A DNA stretch of 64,000 nt, taken from NCBI GenBank assembly GCA_963844555.1, contig CAWJOS010000003.1, forward strand, positions 1,061 to 65,060, given 5' to 3'. Below the pieces are notes generated by a model, which was not told the origin of the DNA, searched no databases, and worked only from the letters and a program-made list of their open reading frames with translations. A program made the translations under genes and the position numbers. This document shows, piece after piece, positions 8,812 through 17,859 of the stretch (position 1 is its first letter; the number at the start of each line of letters is the position of its first letter). The DNA comes from an uncultured Solirubrobacteraceae bacterium. GTDB lineage: Bacteria; Actinomycetota; Thermoleophilia; Solirubrobacterales; Solirubrobacteraceae.

Positions 8812-10233
8812 ATGGAGATAGATATGGCCTTTACACGCGTTCATAAGCTCGCCAAGGCGGCGCCGATATTGAAGTCGGCGGTCAAGCCGTTGGTGAGCGG
8901 GAAGGTCGAGGACTGGCACGGCGAGTACGCCTACAGCCTCGGGCTGCAGGCGTTCATCTACGGGTTTCCCTACATCTACAACGCCCAGACCCGGTACAAG
9001 TGGGTGACGCAGCCGCGCAACCCGAAGTTCGTCCCCTACGCGGCGCTGAACGAGTTCTGGCACGCCGCGCAGCTGATGGACGCGACCTATCGGGACGGTG
9101 GGTGCCCGAACAACGACACGCTGTATTCGATCGCGTGGCTGGACGTCGGCGAGGAGCCGATCATCCTGTCGCACCCCGACATGGGCGAGCGGTACTTCAC
9201 CTTTGAGCTGATGGGCGTCGGATCGGACAACTTCGACTACATCGGCCAGCGAGCGACCGGCTCCAAGGCGGCCAGCTTCGCCATCGTCGGACCCGACTGG
9301 GAGGGCGAGCTGCCCGACGGCGTCGACGCCTCACGCGCACATTCACCGAGCCCGACGGTGCTGGTCATGGGACGGACGCTGGTGAATGGCGATGCTGACG
9401 TCGCGACGGTCAAGGAGCTGCAGAAGCAGTATGTGCTCACCCCGCTCAGTCAGTGGGGCAAGGCCGATGTCGTGCATGGCGAGCGACGGGACGTGCTCGA
9501 GCCGATCGAGCCCGAGCAGGATCCCCTGGGGCCGTTCAAGACGCTGAACGCGATGCTCGAGGAGAACCCGCCGCCGGCGGAGCATGCGCTGCTGCTCAAC
9601 CAGTTCGCGCGGATCGGGATCGGCCCCGGGCTCGACATCGAGGAGCAGCCCGACGCCATCAAGCAGGGTCTGATGCGGGCCGAGCTGCTCGGGATGGCGC
9701 TGCTCAAGCAGCAGTTCATGAGCGGCGATTGGGCGAACATCGTCAACGGCTGGCGGTACCCACCGCCGGAGATCGGGCGCTACGGCGACGACTACCTGCT
9801 CCGCGCGGCCGACCAATCATTGGCCGGGATCATGTGCAACGACCCCGTCGAGGGCGTCTACCTGGTCAACTTCGACGACGCCAACGGCGACAAGCTGCAG
9901 GCCGACAAGCGCTACCGGATCCGTTTCGCCGCCGACGATATGCCGCCGGTCGATTCGTTCTGGTCGCTGGGGATGTACGGCACCGACCTCAACCTCGTCC
10001 CCAACCCGATCAACCGCTACTCGATCGGCGACCGCACCGCCGGCCTGAACAAGGACGCCGACCGCGGACTGACGATCTACCTGCAGTCCAAGTCCCCCGG
10101 CGGTGACGAGGAGGCGAACTGGCTGCCCTCACCGGACGACGGCGAGTGGTTCGTGATCCTGCGCCTGTACCGGCCCCGGCCCGAAGTCATCGACGCGACC
10201 TGGAAATGCCCGCCGATCCAACCTGTGCGGTGA
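8812..10233 (+). CDS. DUF1254/DUF1214 domain-containing protein
   Basis: 473 aa; layout and motifs (FIYGFPYIYNAQTRYKW ... NDTLYSIAWLD ... DSFWSLGMY ... ANWLPSP) typical of this two-domain family. Confidence 0.75.
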   Translation: MEIDMAFTRVHKLAKAAPILKSAVKPLVSGKVEDWHGEYAYSLGLQAFIYGFPYIYNAQTRYKWVTQPRNPKFVPYAALNEFWHAAQLMDATYRDGGCPNNDTLYSIAWLDVGEEPIILSHPDMGERYFTFELMGVGSDNFDYIGQRATGSKAASFAIVGPDWEGELPDGVDASRAHSPSPTVLVMGRTLVNGDADVATVKELQKQYVLTPLSQWGKADVVHGERRDVLEPIEPEQDPLGPFKTLNAMLEENPPPAEHALLLNQFARIGIGPGLDIEEQPDAIKQGLMRAELLGMALLKQQFMSGDWANIVNGWRYPPPEIGRYGDDYLLRAADQSLAGIMCNDPVEGVYLVNFDDANGDKLQADKRYRIRFAADDMPPVDSFWSLGMYGTDLNLVPNPINRYSIGDRTAGLNKDADRGLTIYLQSKSPGGDEEANWLPSPDDGEWFVILRLYRPRPEVIDATWKCPPIQPVR

Positions 10234-10264
10234 GCACCACGCTAACCAAAGGACAAGGTGAAAC

Positions 10265-10999
10265 ATGAACGTCATTCATTCAGCCGAAAAGCTGTTCTCC
10301 GCCAAGCTGCCGCAGGACGACACCGACGCGAAGCTGATGCGCTTCGACAACGTTCGCGGACAGCGGTACACGGAGATCTTCCTGATCGGCGGGCACGCGA
10401 TCATCCACGACCTGAACGCCGGGATCTACAACACGATCGGGCTGAACGACCCCGACGGAACCGGGGATACCTGCCCCCAAGCGGTGCTCGACCAGGTCGA
10501 TGTGGACGCCCTGAAGGAGCAGTACGACATTCTCGGCGCCTTCAAGAACGGCCCGAGGCTCTGGACCCTTGACTGGGTGGAGGTGATGGTCGCGAAAGAG
10601 CGCGACTTCAACGGGCTCAAGGCGCGGTGGGTGATGTGGCTCAACGTGCCGAAGGAGATGCGCAAGCACGAAAGCGTGGCGTACAAGCAGATCCACGGCA
10701 AGCGCGACACGCAGCTCGGGATCAACAAGGGCTCACGCGTGTTCCTGCTCGACGACCCGAGCGGCGATACATACTGCATGAAGTCCGCCAGCCTGATCGT
10801 CGACCCAAAGCAGAGCTACGAGAGCCTGAAGGACCTCGGCAGCCGGCTGAAGCCCGCGCCGGGCTGGACGTTCCGCACCGAGGTGCTCGAAAAGGACCTG
10901 GTCCTCATGGCGGACAACGGCGCGGTCACGATCACCCAAGACGAGCTCGGGAACACCTACGACCGCGTCGGAGGTCCGTACAGCAACTACAAGCCGTGA
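10265..10999 (+). CDS. hypothetical soluble protein (244 aa)
   Basis: Gene-like codon usage, 31 bp after the DUF1254/1214 gene; no family recognised. Confidence 0.6.
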   Translation: MNVIHSAEKLFSAKLPQDDTDAKLMRFDNVRGQRYTEIFLIGGHAIIHDLNAGIYNTIGLNDPDGTGDTCPQAVLDQVDVDALKEQYDILGAFKNGPRLWTLDWVEVMVAKERDFNGLKARWVMWLNVPKEMRKHESVAYKQIHGKRDTQLGINKGSRVFLLDDPSGDTYCMKSASLIVDPKQSYESLKDLGSRLKPAPGWTFRTEVLEKDLVLMADNGAVTITQDELGNTYDRVGGPYSNYKP

Positions 11000-11177
11000 G
11001 AAGCAGAACCACGGTAGGGCCAAACATGAGTCGCGGGGCTCATAGCAGCGTCGCTACTCGATGTTCTGGATCAGATTTCCGTTCCGTGGACCATAGGCGT
11101 CTTGGTTGCCCGACTGCACTCGTCGCTGGAACGTCGTCGAACCGCCGGTTCAAGTCCCGGTGTGCGGGTGACTGGCG

Positions 11178-12596
11178 ATGAGTGACACCATCGATCCACC
11201 CCCCACTCCGCAGGCGGCAAGGCCGGTCGATCCGGGCGCGCTGCTGCGGAGCAAGAACTATCGCGTGCTGCTGGTGCTCGCGTCGGTGATCGGCGTGGGC
11301 GTGTCGGTGGCCTCGTGGGGGTTCCTTGAGCTGATTCATTACACGCAGCAGTGGGTGTACAAGGAGCTGCCCGGCGATCTCGGCTTCGGCAAGGTTCCGG
11401 TGTGGTGGCCGCTGCCCGTGCTCGCGGTCGCGGGGGTGCTCGTCGCGTTTGCGATCGTTCGTCTGCCGGGGACCGGCGGCCATCAGCCAGCCGACGGTGT
11501 CAAGGCTGGGGGTGGGCCGACGAAACCGATCGAGCTGCCCGGGGTGGTGCTGGCCGCGCTGGCGTCGGTCGGGCTCGGGATGGTGCTCGGTCCTGAGGCG
11601 CCGCTGATCGGGCTGGGGACCGGTCTGGCGGTGTTTGCCGTGCGCAGGGCTAGGAAGGATGCGCCGGATCAGGTCGTGGCGTTGATGGCCGCGGCTGCGA
11701 GTTTCGCCGCGATCTCCTCGCTGTTCGGCTCGCCGATCGTCGGCGCGATCATCATCATCGAGGCCGCGGGGCTGGGCGGGCCCACGCTCCCGGTGATCCT
11801 GCTCCCGGGGCTGCTTGCGGCGGGGATCGGCTCGCTGGTGTTCATCGGCATGGGATCCCTGACCGGATTGAGCACGAGCGCGTATGCGATCCCGCCACTG
11901 TCACTGCCCGCCTACCACGAGCCGACTGTGTCTGCGTTCGCGTGGACGATCGTGCTCGCGATCGTGGTCGCCGTCGTCGTGTTCCTGATCGTCCAGATCG
12001 CCAAGCAGGCACAGGAGGTCGTGACGCGTCGCCCGTGGGTGGTGATCCCGGTCGCCGCGCTGGTGGTCGGCGGGCTGGCGATCGCCTTTGGTCAGATCAC
12101 CGGGAAGCCCGCTGATCTGGTGCTGTTCTCCGGCCAGGACGGGATGGGTCAGGTCGTCAACCAGGCCGCGACCCTGTCGGTCTCCACGCTCGTGCTGCTG
12201 ATCGTTTTCAAGGGGCTCGCCTACGCCATCTCCATGGGCAGCGGTCGCGGCGGCCCGACGTTCCCGGCGATGTTCCTCGGGATCGTCGCCGGCCTGCTCG
12301 CCTCACACGTCGGGTTCGCCGAAACGCCCGCGGTGGCCGCGCTGATGGGCGCCGCGACGGTGTCGGTGCTCGGACTTCCACTTTCGTCCGTCATCCTGGC
12401 GATGGTCGTCTCCCAGGCCGGACTCTCGACCGCGCCGCTGATCATCGTCGCGGTTGCGGTGGCCTATATCACGGTGCGTGTGCTCGATGCACGCCGCGAC
12501 GCGCGGGCGGGGATACCGGCGCCCACCTTCGGCGACGATGGAAAAGCTGCCCCCGCGGCGATCACCAATCCCGGTCAGACCGCGGCCGTCGGGTAG
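11178..12596 (+). CDS. ClC family voltage-gated chloride channel/antiporter
   Basis: 472 aa, 10+ helices, ClC motifs GPEAPLIGLG and GSPIVGAIIIIE. Confidence 0.85.
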   Translation: MSDTIDPPPTPQAARPVDPGALLRSKNYRVLLVLASVIGVGVSVASWGFLELIHYTQQWVYKELPGDLGFGKVPVWWPLPVLAVAGVLVAFAIVRLPGTGGHQPADGVKAGGGPTKPIELPGVVLAALASVGLGMVLGPEAPLIGLGTGLAVFAVRRARKDAPDQVVALMAAAASFAAISSLFGSPIVGAIIIIEAAGLGGPTLPVILLPGLLAAGIGSLVFIGMGSLTGLSTSAYAIPPLSLPAYHEPTVSAFAWTIVLAIVVAVVVFLIVQIAKQAQEVVTRRPWVVIPVAALVVGGLAIAFGQITGKPADLVLFSGQDGMGQVVNQAATLSVSTLVLLIVFKGLAYAISMGSGRGGPTFPAMFLGIVAGLLASHVGFAETPAVAALMGAATVSVLGLPLSSVILAMVVSQAGLSTAPLIIVAVAVAYITVRVLDARRDARAGIPAPTFGDDGKAAPAAITNPGQTAAVG

Positions 12597-12605
12597 CTCG
12601 ACGCC

Positions 12606-13322
12606 GTGTTCGGGTCCGCGATCGTCCAATCAGACAGTCCCAAGGCTGTCGAGCCGCAGGGTTGGCGCGGCGCCGATCATCCGCCGCAATTCCGGTACGG
12701 GGCAGTGTTCCTGCTCACGTTGGCGGCGGTGGTGTTCGTGATCGCGGCACCGACCGCGGACTGGTCACGCGCGGTTACGCTGGCGTTCGAGGGCGTGGCC
12801 CTGGTCGTTGCGGTCGCCACCTCGCGCGAGCGCGAGCGGATTCGCCATCGCCGCGCCCTGGCTGTTGGCATGGCCATGATCGTCCTGACCCTAGGCGTGG
12901 GGATCGGTGCCGTCTCCGAGGAGCTCACGGCGATCCTGCTCGCGCTCGTCACCGCGGCTGTCCCGGTGGCGATCGTCCGCGGTGTGGTCCGGCTGCTGCG
13001 CCAGCGGGGCGTCACGGTCCAGGCGGTGGCCGGCGCCCTGGCGATCTATCTCTCGATCGGCCTTGTGTTCGCGTGGATCATCAGCTTCATCACGCATGTC
13101 GATTCCACCCTGTACTTCGCGCAGCACACCAATGGCACGGAGGGGGACCGGGTCTACTTCAGCTTCACGGTGCTGACGACGACGGGCTTCGGGGACTTCT
13201 CCGCCGCGACCCCAGCCGGACACGCGCTCGCGGTGATCGAGATGCTCACCGGGCAGCTGTACCTCGTCACAGTGATCGGGCTGCTGATCGGTAGCTTCGT
13301 CGAAAGGCGCAAGACGACATAA
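12606..13322 (+). CDS. potassium channel family protein (2-TM pore type)
   Basis: Selectivity filter TVLTTTGFGDF preceded by a pore helix; GTG start 9 bp after the ClC stop. Confidence 0.8.
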   Translation: MFGSAIVQSDSPKAVEPQGWRGADHPPQFRYGAVFLLTLAAVVFVIAAPTADWSRAVTLAFEGVALVVAVATSRERERIRHRRALAVGMAMIVLTLGVGIGAVSEELTAILLALVTAAVPVAIVRGVVRLLRQRGVTVQAVAGALAIYLSIGLVFAWIISFITHVDSTLYFAQHTNGTEGDRVYFSFTVLTTTGFGDFSAATPAGHALAVIEMLTGQLYLVTVIGLLIGSFVERRKTT

Positions 13323-13676
13323 GGCGAAGCTCTGCCTCCCGTTTAGGACGTCGCCTGAGAACCGCGGGGCAGCATGTGGGACGACGACCGGACAGGTCGG
13401 ACTGCTCGTCGACCGGCCTGGCCGGTTCGCTCGCTGATGCCATCGGCCGGGCGGCTTCCGTCGGAGAGGCTCCCGCCTCGGCGACTTGATCGGGTGGGTT
13501 GGCCAACCTGACCGCGGAGCCTCAGGTATACGCCTTCGGGCACCGCCCCGCGGAGGAAGCTGTGCCCGTCGTCTTCTCTCGGGGCGTCCAGGGCACGACT
13601 CGGACTCCCCGGCCCCCTGTCCGCGCCGTCGGTTCGCTCGCTCAATTGTGCGATCCAGCACCTGGGTGAGCATCAA

Positions 13677-13688
13677 TCACCCGGGTGA
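13677..13688. promoter_or_regulatory. 12-bp perfect palindrome TCACCCGGGTGA (copy 3 of 3; shares AATCACCCGGGTGA with the other two)
   Basis: Read directly; in the 500-bp gap upstream of the 13820 membrane-protein gene. Confidence 0.45.
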
Positions 13689-13819
13689 ACATTGCTGCGA
13701 GTTGATCACAGGTCGGCCAGCCACAGCGATGATGTCGCGTAGAGCAATCCGGAGATCTGACGTCGGCGCGGCGCCGGTGTCTCCGCGAACTCCCGAACCC
13801 CCTATCTCAGCGAGGACCA

Positions 13820-14260
13820 ATGGCTGTCCATGCAACCCCAACACAGGCCCCAGCGGACTACGACCGCTACGCCCAGGACGACGAGCGCGGCTACGGCTGG
13901 GTCATGTTCGCCGGCGTGCTGCTGCTGATGCTCGGCACCATCAACTTCATCATGGGCCTGGCCGCGATCGGCAACGCGCACTTCTTCACCGCCAACGCCC
14001 ACTATGTCGCGGGCAGCCTCAACACCTGGGGCTGGGTCGTGCTGTGCATCGGCGTGCTCGAGTGGGCCGTCGGCCTGGGCGTGTTTGTCAAGAACCAGTT
14101 CTCACGGTGGACCGGCGTAATCGTTCTGGCCGCCAACTCCATCGTGCAGCTGCTGATGATGCCGGCGTACCCGTTCTGGTCGCTGACGATCTTCACGCTC
14201 GACATCCTCGCGATCTACGGACTGATCGCGTACGGCAAGCGGATTTCCGGCACAGACTGA
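13820..14260 (+). CDS. 4-TM membrane protein (DUF7144-like)
   Basis: YGWVMFAGVLLLMLGTINFIMGLAAI ... WGWVVLCIGVLEWAVGLGVF ... layout of this actinobacterial family. Confidence 0.65.
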   Translation: MAVHATPTQAPADYDRYAQDDERGYGWVMFAGVLLLMLGTINFIMGLAAIGNAHFFTANAHYVAGSLNTWGWVVLCIGVLEWAVGLGVFVKNQFSRWTGVIVLAANSIVQLLMMPAYPFWSLTIFTLDILAIYGLIAYGKRISGTD

Positions 14261-14301
14261 GCGCGGGGTTTTCGGCATCGCCGCCAGCTCGGAGAGACGG
14301 C

Positions 14302-14628
14302 GTGTTCTTCCGTTCAAGCAGACACGAGCCTGCTGACGAGGACCCCCGCGTCGGCGGCATCAACGACGCGGGGACCGACGAAACGAAGCTGAGACGGACC
14401 CAGCAGCTCGTGGAGTGGCGGCGCTCCGCGCAGCGGGTCACGCGCGCGTGGAACGCCTGGCTCGCGGCCGAGAGCCGCGACCGCGCCTTGCGCTACCACG
14501 TCTTCGTGGCTGCCCTTGCCGACGAGGAACGAGCAGCCGCGGAGGTCGAACGGATGGTCGGCCTCGCCGACGCCGGAGGGTGCGTCACTCCGACCGAGCC
14601 GCGAAATGGCCGACTGGGCGCGCGGTGA
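14302..14628 (+). CDS. hypothetical helical protein (about 108 aa)
   Basis: GTG preceded by GGAGAG; high GC3; reads ...RVTRAWNAWLAAESRDRALRYHVFVAALADEERAAAEVERMV. It is the C-terminal part of the artefactual long ORF 13486..14628. Confidence 0.4.
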   Translation: MFFRSSRHEPADEDPRVGGINDAGTDETKLRRTQQLVEWRRSAQRVTRAWNAWLAAESRDRALRYHVFVAALADEERAAAEVERMVGLADAGGCVTPTEPRNGRLGAR

Positions 14629-14708
14629 GGGTGAAGGCCCGGAGATATCAGCGGTCGGATGGCGACCCAGTCGGCGGGCTCGGCGATCGGCGGCATAGGA
14701 GCTTCCCA

Positions 14709-15926
14709 TTGTGGGCACGCTGGAACGACGAGCTGGGGCTGCGATACACGCTCGGGGTCGAGGAGGAGGTCATGCTGCTCCAGCCGTCTGACTGGTCGCT
14801 TGCCCAGTCAAGTGACCAGGTCCTCGGGCAGCTCTCGGACGATCTCTCGGACCGCACGTTCCCCGAGACGCACGCGGCGGTGATTGAGCTCGTGACGGGC
14901 ATCCACCTGGACGTGGACGGCGTCGTGGCCGAGCTGGCCTCGCTGCGCGACCGGCTCGCGCATGAGTTGGGCGCAATGGGATTGAGCGTCGCCGCCGCGG
15001 GCACGCATCCGTTGACCGTTGGGGCGGAGACCGAGGTCTCGGGCGCCGCGCGCTACCGCGCTCTCGAGGACTCCCTGCGCGTGCTCGCGCGGCGCGAGCC
15101 GACAATGGCACTGCACGTGCACGTGGGCGTGTCGGGGCCGGAGGACGCGATCCGGCTCCTGAATGGTCTGCGCCGGAACCTCCCGGTTCTGCTTGCACTC
15201 TCGGCCAACTCGCCCTTCTGGCAGGGGCGCGACAGCGGGTTCGCGTCCGCCCGCACATTGATCTTCCAGGCGTTCCCTCGCGCGGGCCTGCCGCCATTGT
15301 TCGCCGACTACGCCGGCTACGTCGAGGCCGTCGACGCACTGATCGCGCCCGCGGCGATCCCCGATCCGAGCTTCCTGTGGTGGGACGTGCGGCTTCAGCC
15401 AGCGCTCGGGACGGTCGAGGTGCGGGTGATGGATTCCCAGTCTCGGGTCCGAGACGTAGCTCCGTTGGTCGCGCTGATCCAGTCGCTGGCCAGTCTCGAG
15501 CTCGAGGGAGAGCCTTCGTCGGTCGTGCCGAGCGCTCACGTTCTCGGCGAGAACCGCTTCCTGGCCGCGCGAGACGGGATGGACGCCCGGCTGATCGACC
15601 CAGAAGCCCGGCGCCTGATCCCCGCGCGAGAGATACTCGCCTCCCTGCTCGCCGATTGCCGCCCGTTCGCGCTCGCGCTCGGGTGCGCCGAGGCGCTCGA
15701 CCGGGTGCCACGCCTGGCCGCCGCCAACGGGGCCGAGCGGCAGCACGCGCTCGTCGCCCCCAGCGGGCGTCTCGACCACCTGGTCATGACGCTTGCTGAC
15801 CGGTTCACCGCCCCGCGCCTGCGCACCGCGAGCGAGGCGAGAAACGGTCACACGTCCAACCACCCGACAGAAAGGAGCGGCCCATGTGCCGCTGGCTCGC
15901 ATACTCCGGCTCTCCCATCCTCATGA
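14709..15926 (+). CDS. ybdK: carboxylate-amine ligase, YbdK/GCS2 family
   Basis: N-terminal LGVEEEVMLL, ELVTGIH, EPTMALHVHVGV, LLALSANSPFW: glutamate-cysteine ligase family 2 signature layout. Start assigned to in-frame TTG at 14709 (uncertain). Confidence 0.8.
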   Translation: MWARWNDELGLRYTLGVEEEVMLLQPSDWSLAQSSDQVLGQLSDDLSDRTFPETHAAVIELVTGIHLDVDGVVAELASLRDRLAHELGAMGLSVAAAGTHPLTVGAETEVSGAARYRALEDSLRVLARREPTMALHVHVGVSGPEDAIRLLNGLRRNLPVLLALSANSPFWQGRDSGFASARTLIFQAFPRAGLPPLFADYAGYVEAVDALIAPAAIPDPSFLWWDVRLQPALGTVEVRVMDSQSRVRDVAPLVALIQSLASLELEGEPSSVVPSAHVLGENRFLAARDGMDARLIDPEARRLIPAREILASLLADCRPFALALGCAEALDRVPRLAAANGAERQHALVAPSGRLDHLVMTLADRFTAPRLRTASEARNGHTSNHPTERSGPCAAGSHTPALPSS

Positions 15927-16738
15927 AAGAGGTCCTCTACGGGGGCACAAACTCGTTAGTCGATCAGAGCCTGCACTCGCGGCTCGGGGCCGAGCCCACC
16001 AACGGCGACGGGTTCGGCGTCGGCTGGTATGGCGACCCGGCGACCCCGGGCGTCTTCCACAGCGTCGAGCCGGCCTGGAATGACAGCAATCTCCGAGAGC
16101 TGGCCGGTCACATCAGCTCACCGCTGTTCTTCACGCACATCCGGGCGGCGATCGGCAGCGCCGTGCAGCAGACCAACTGCCACCCGTTCCGCCACGACCG
16201 CTGGCTGTTCATGCACAACGGCTACATCAACGAGCTCGCCACGATCAAGCGCGATCTCGTGCTCGCGGTCGACCCGTCGCTTTTTCCGGAGATCAAAGGC
16301 CAGGCCGACACTGAGATCCTGTTCTTCCTCGCCCTCACCCTCGGCCTCGAGGACGACCCGCCGGCCGCCGTGGCGGAGGCGATCGGCCTCATCGAAGCGG
16401 TCGCGGACCGCCATGGAGTCCCTCATCCCTTCCAGGGCACCGTCGCCACCACCGACGGCGAGAGCATCTGGGCGTTCCGCTACTCGAGCGAGAGAAAATC
16501 GCGCTCGCTCTTTTACACGACCGACGTTCCGACGCTACGCGAACTACATCCAGACAGAAAGGAACTCCAGCAATTCTCAAACGACGCGCGGCTGATCGTC
16601 TCCGAACCGCTCGGCGACGTCGCCGGCGTCTGGAACGAGGTGCCCGAATCGACCCATATCCACGCCAGCTCAGACCACGCCGAACTCAGCCCGTTCCAAC
16701 CCAAGGCGCCGGCGAGCTCTGTGCCGGTCGTCGCGTGA
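15884..16738 (+). CDS. class II (Ntn) glutamine amidotransferase
   Basis: N-terminal Met-Cys nucleophile MCRWLAYSGSP, NGDGFGVGWY, HNGYI; overlaps the ybdK 3' end by 43 nt. Confidence 0.85.
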   Translation: MCRWLAYSGSPILMKEVLYGGTNSLVDQSLHSRLGAEPTNGDGFGVGWYGDPATPGVFHSVEPAWNDSNLRELAGHISSPLFFTHIRAAIGSAVQQTNCHPFRHDRWLFMHNGYINELATIKRDLVLAVDPSLFPEIKGQADTEILFFLALTLGLEDDPPAAVAEAIGLIEAVADRHGVPHPFQGTVATTDGESIWAFRYSSERKSRSLFYTTDVPTLRELHPDRKELQQFSNDARLIVSEPLGDVAGVWNEVPESTHIHASSDHAELSPFQPKAPASSVPVVA

Positions 16739-17050
16739 GGAGACCGTCGCCACCTTCACACCCCCCAGGCTGGTCCCAAGCTCAAAACCGGCGCACTCGG
16801 ATCAGGCGTGCCGAACGTGAAGAGGAGTCGTCCAAACGCTTCAGCTAGGTTGGTGCGTTCCGAGAGACGCGAGCGGAAAGGACCGCCCGTCTGGGGGGCC
16901 CGCCGGCGCCTTAGGACGCGCGCTGAGCCTCTGCCCCGCCGCTTCTCCTTCGCTTGGCTGACCGACAGCCTCGTCGGCTCTCGTCAGCGGGCTACTCCCA
17001 CTGCTCAGTCTCAGCAGTGCGAAGCGGCGGCCTGACGACTCCTGCACCGA

Positions 17051-17088
17051 GACGAAGGAGCAGTGACGCTCCACTGCTCCTCCTCGTC
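17051..17088. terminator. strong imperfect hairpin in the convergent intergenic gap
   Basis: GACGAAGGAGCAGTG-ACGCTC-CACTGCTCCTCCTCGTC; lies between a + gene ending at 16738 and a - gene ending at 17318. Confidence 0.35.
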
Positions 17089-17317
17089 TTGCGAGCACCC
17101 TAGAGCTTTCGATCTACACGACTCCTATTCGCGCAACGCGCAAGCTGCGATCATCGCGCACGGCTTGGGCCCCGCGCCTGCCGGCCGCGGGTGGGCCTGA
17201 CCGGGCGCAAAACGTCCTATCTGAGCCACCTCCTCCACCGACGGCAGTGTGATCCTCGCGTTCCGACGGCGGCCTACATCGGCTCTTGATGCCGTTGGAC
17301 AGGTTGCGGGCTCTTGG

Positions 17318-17674
17318 TCAGATCGCGGCCACGACGAGGATGGTCGCGGCGACCGAGAGCGCCACCGCGCCCGCGGTCAGCCAGGCCACGAGAGGAGAGC
17401 TGAGTTCATCGAATGTGCCCTCGCGAAGTGCTGAGGCCGCGCGTCCCTGGCGGATGGCGCCGATCAGGAGGATGGCGACCGACAGCAAGCCGTAGCCGAT
17501 GCCGAGCACCCGAAACGGCCAGTGCGCGCCTTTCGCTAAACCGGGCAGCAATCGACCGACCGCGAGCGCCACCGCGCCGACTGCGATTCCACTTCGCCAC
17601 CAGGCAAGCCAGGTCCGCTCGGCGGCGAGCCAGGTCCGTCGGGAGACGTCAATATCGGGATCGGGGGCTGCCAC
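17318..17674 (-). CDS. DUF202 (YidH-like) membrane protein
   Basis: RTWLAAERTWLAWWRSGIAVGAVALAVGR motif plus two further TM helices. Confidence 0.7.
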   Translation of the reverse strand: MAAPDPDIDVSRRTWLAAERTWLAWWRSGIAVGAVALAVGRLLPGLAKGAHWPFRVLGIGYGLLSVAILLIGAIRQGRAASALREGTFDELSSPLVAWLTAGAVALSVAATILVVAAI

Positions 17675-17859
17675 CGTGCTTCAGCCTACATTTCAACGGT
17701 CCGCGTGCTCGTAGTAGCTGCGACTACGGCTCTACCAGGCCACGGCATCCGCGAGGACGACCGCGGCGCCGGCGCCGCCCCCGCTCAGCTGATACCGGGC
17801 GCTGCATAGGTGTAGCTCCTGAGTAGGTTGGTCCGTCCCGGCCTCCTTGGAGCTGAGAG

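Noticed and set aside
11147-11157. GGTTCAAGTCC, a tRNA T-loop-like string upstream of the ClC gene (possible tRNA, or att remnant of the island ending at tRNA-Met).
   Set aside because: The flanking bases give only 3 of 5 T-stem pairs, and no acceptor, D or anticodon arms can be drawn. The sequence also differs from the tRNA-Met 3' end, so it is not its direct repeat.
11000-11177. Possible fluoride (crcB) riboswitch in front of the ClC channel.
   Set aside because: I could not find the conserved pseudoknot/core sequence pattern by eye. This needs cmsearch to be certain.
13486-14301. N-terminal 270 codons of the 380-aa ORF 13486..14628.
   Set aside because: It overlaps the DUF7144-like gene in another frame and is Arg-rich low complexity. 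Only the last roughly 108 codons (from GTG 14302, with an upstream GGAGAG) look like a real small gene.
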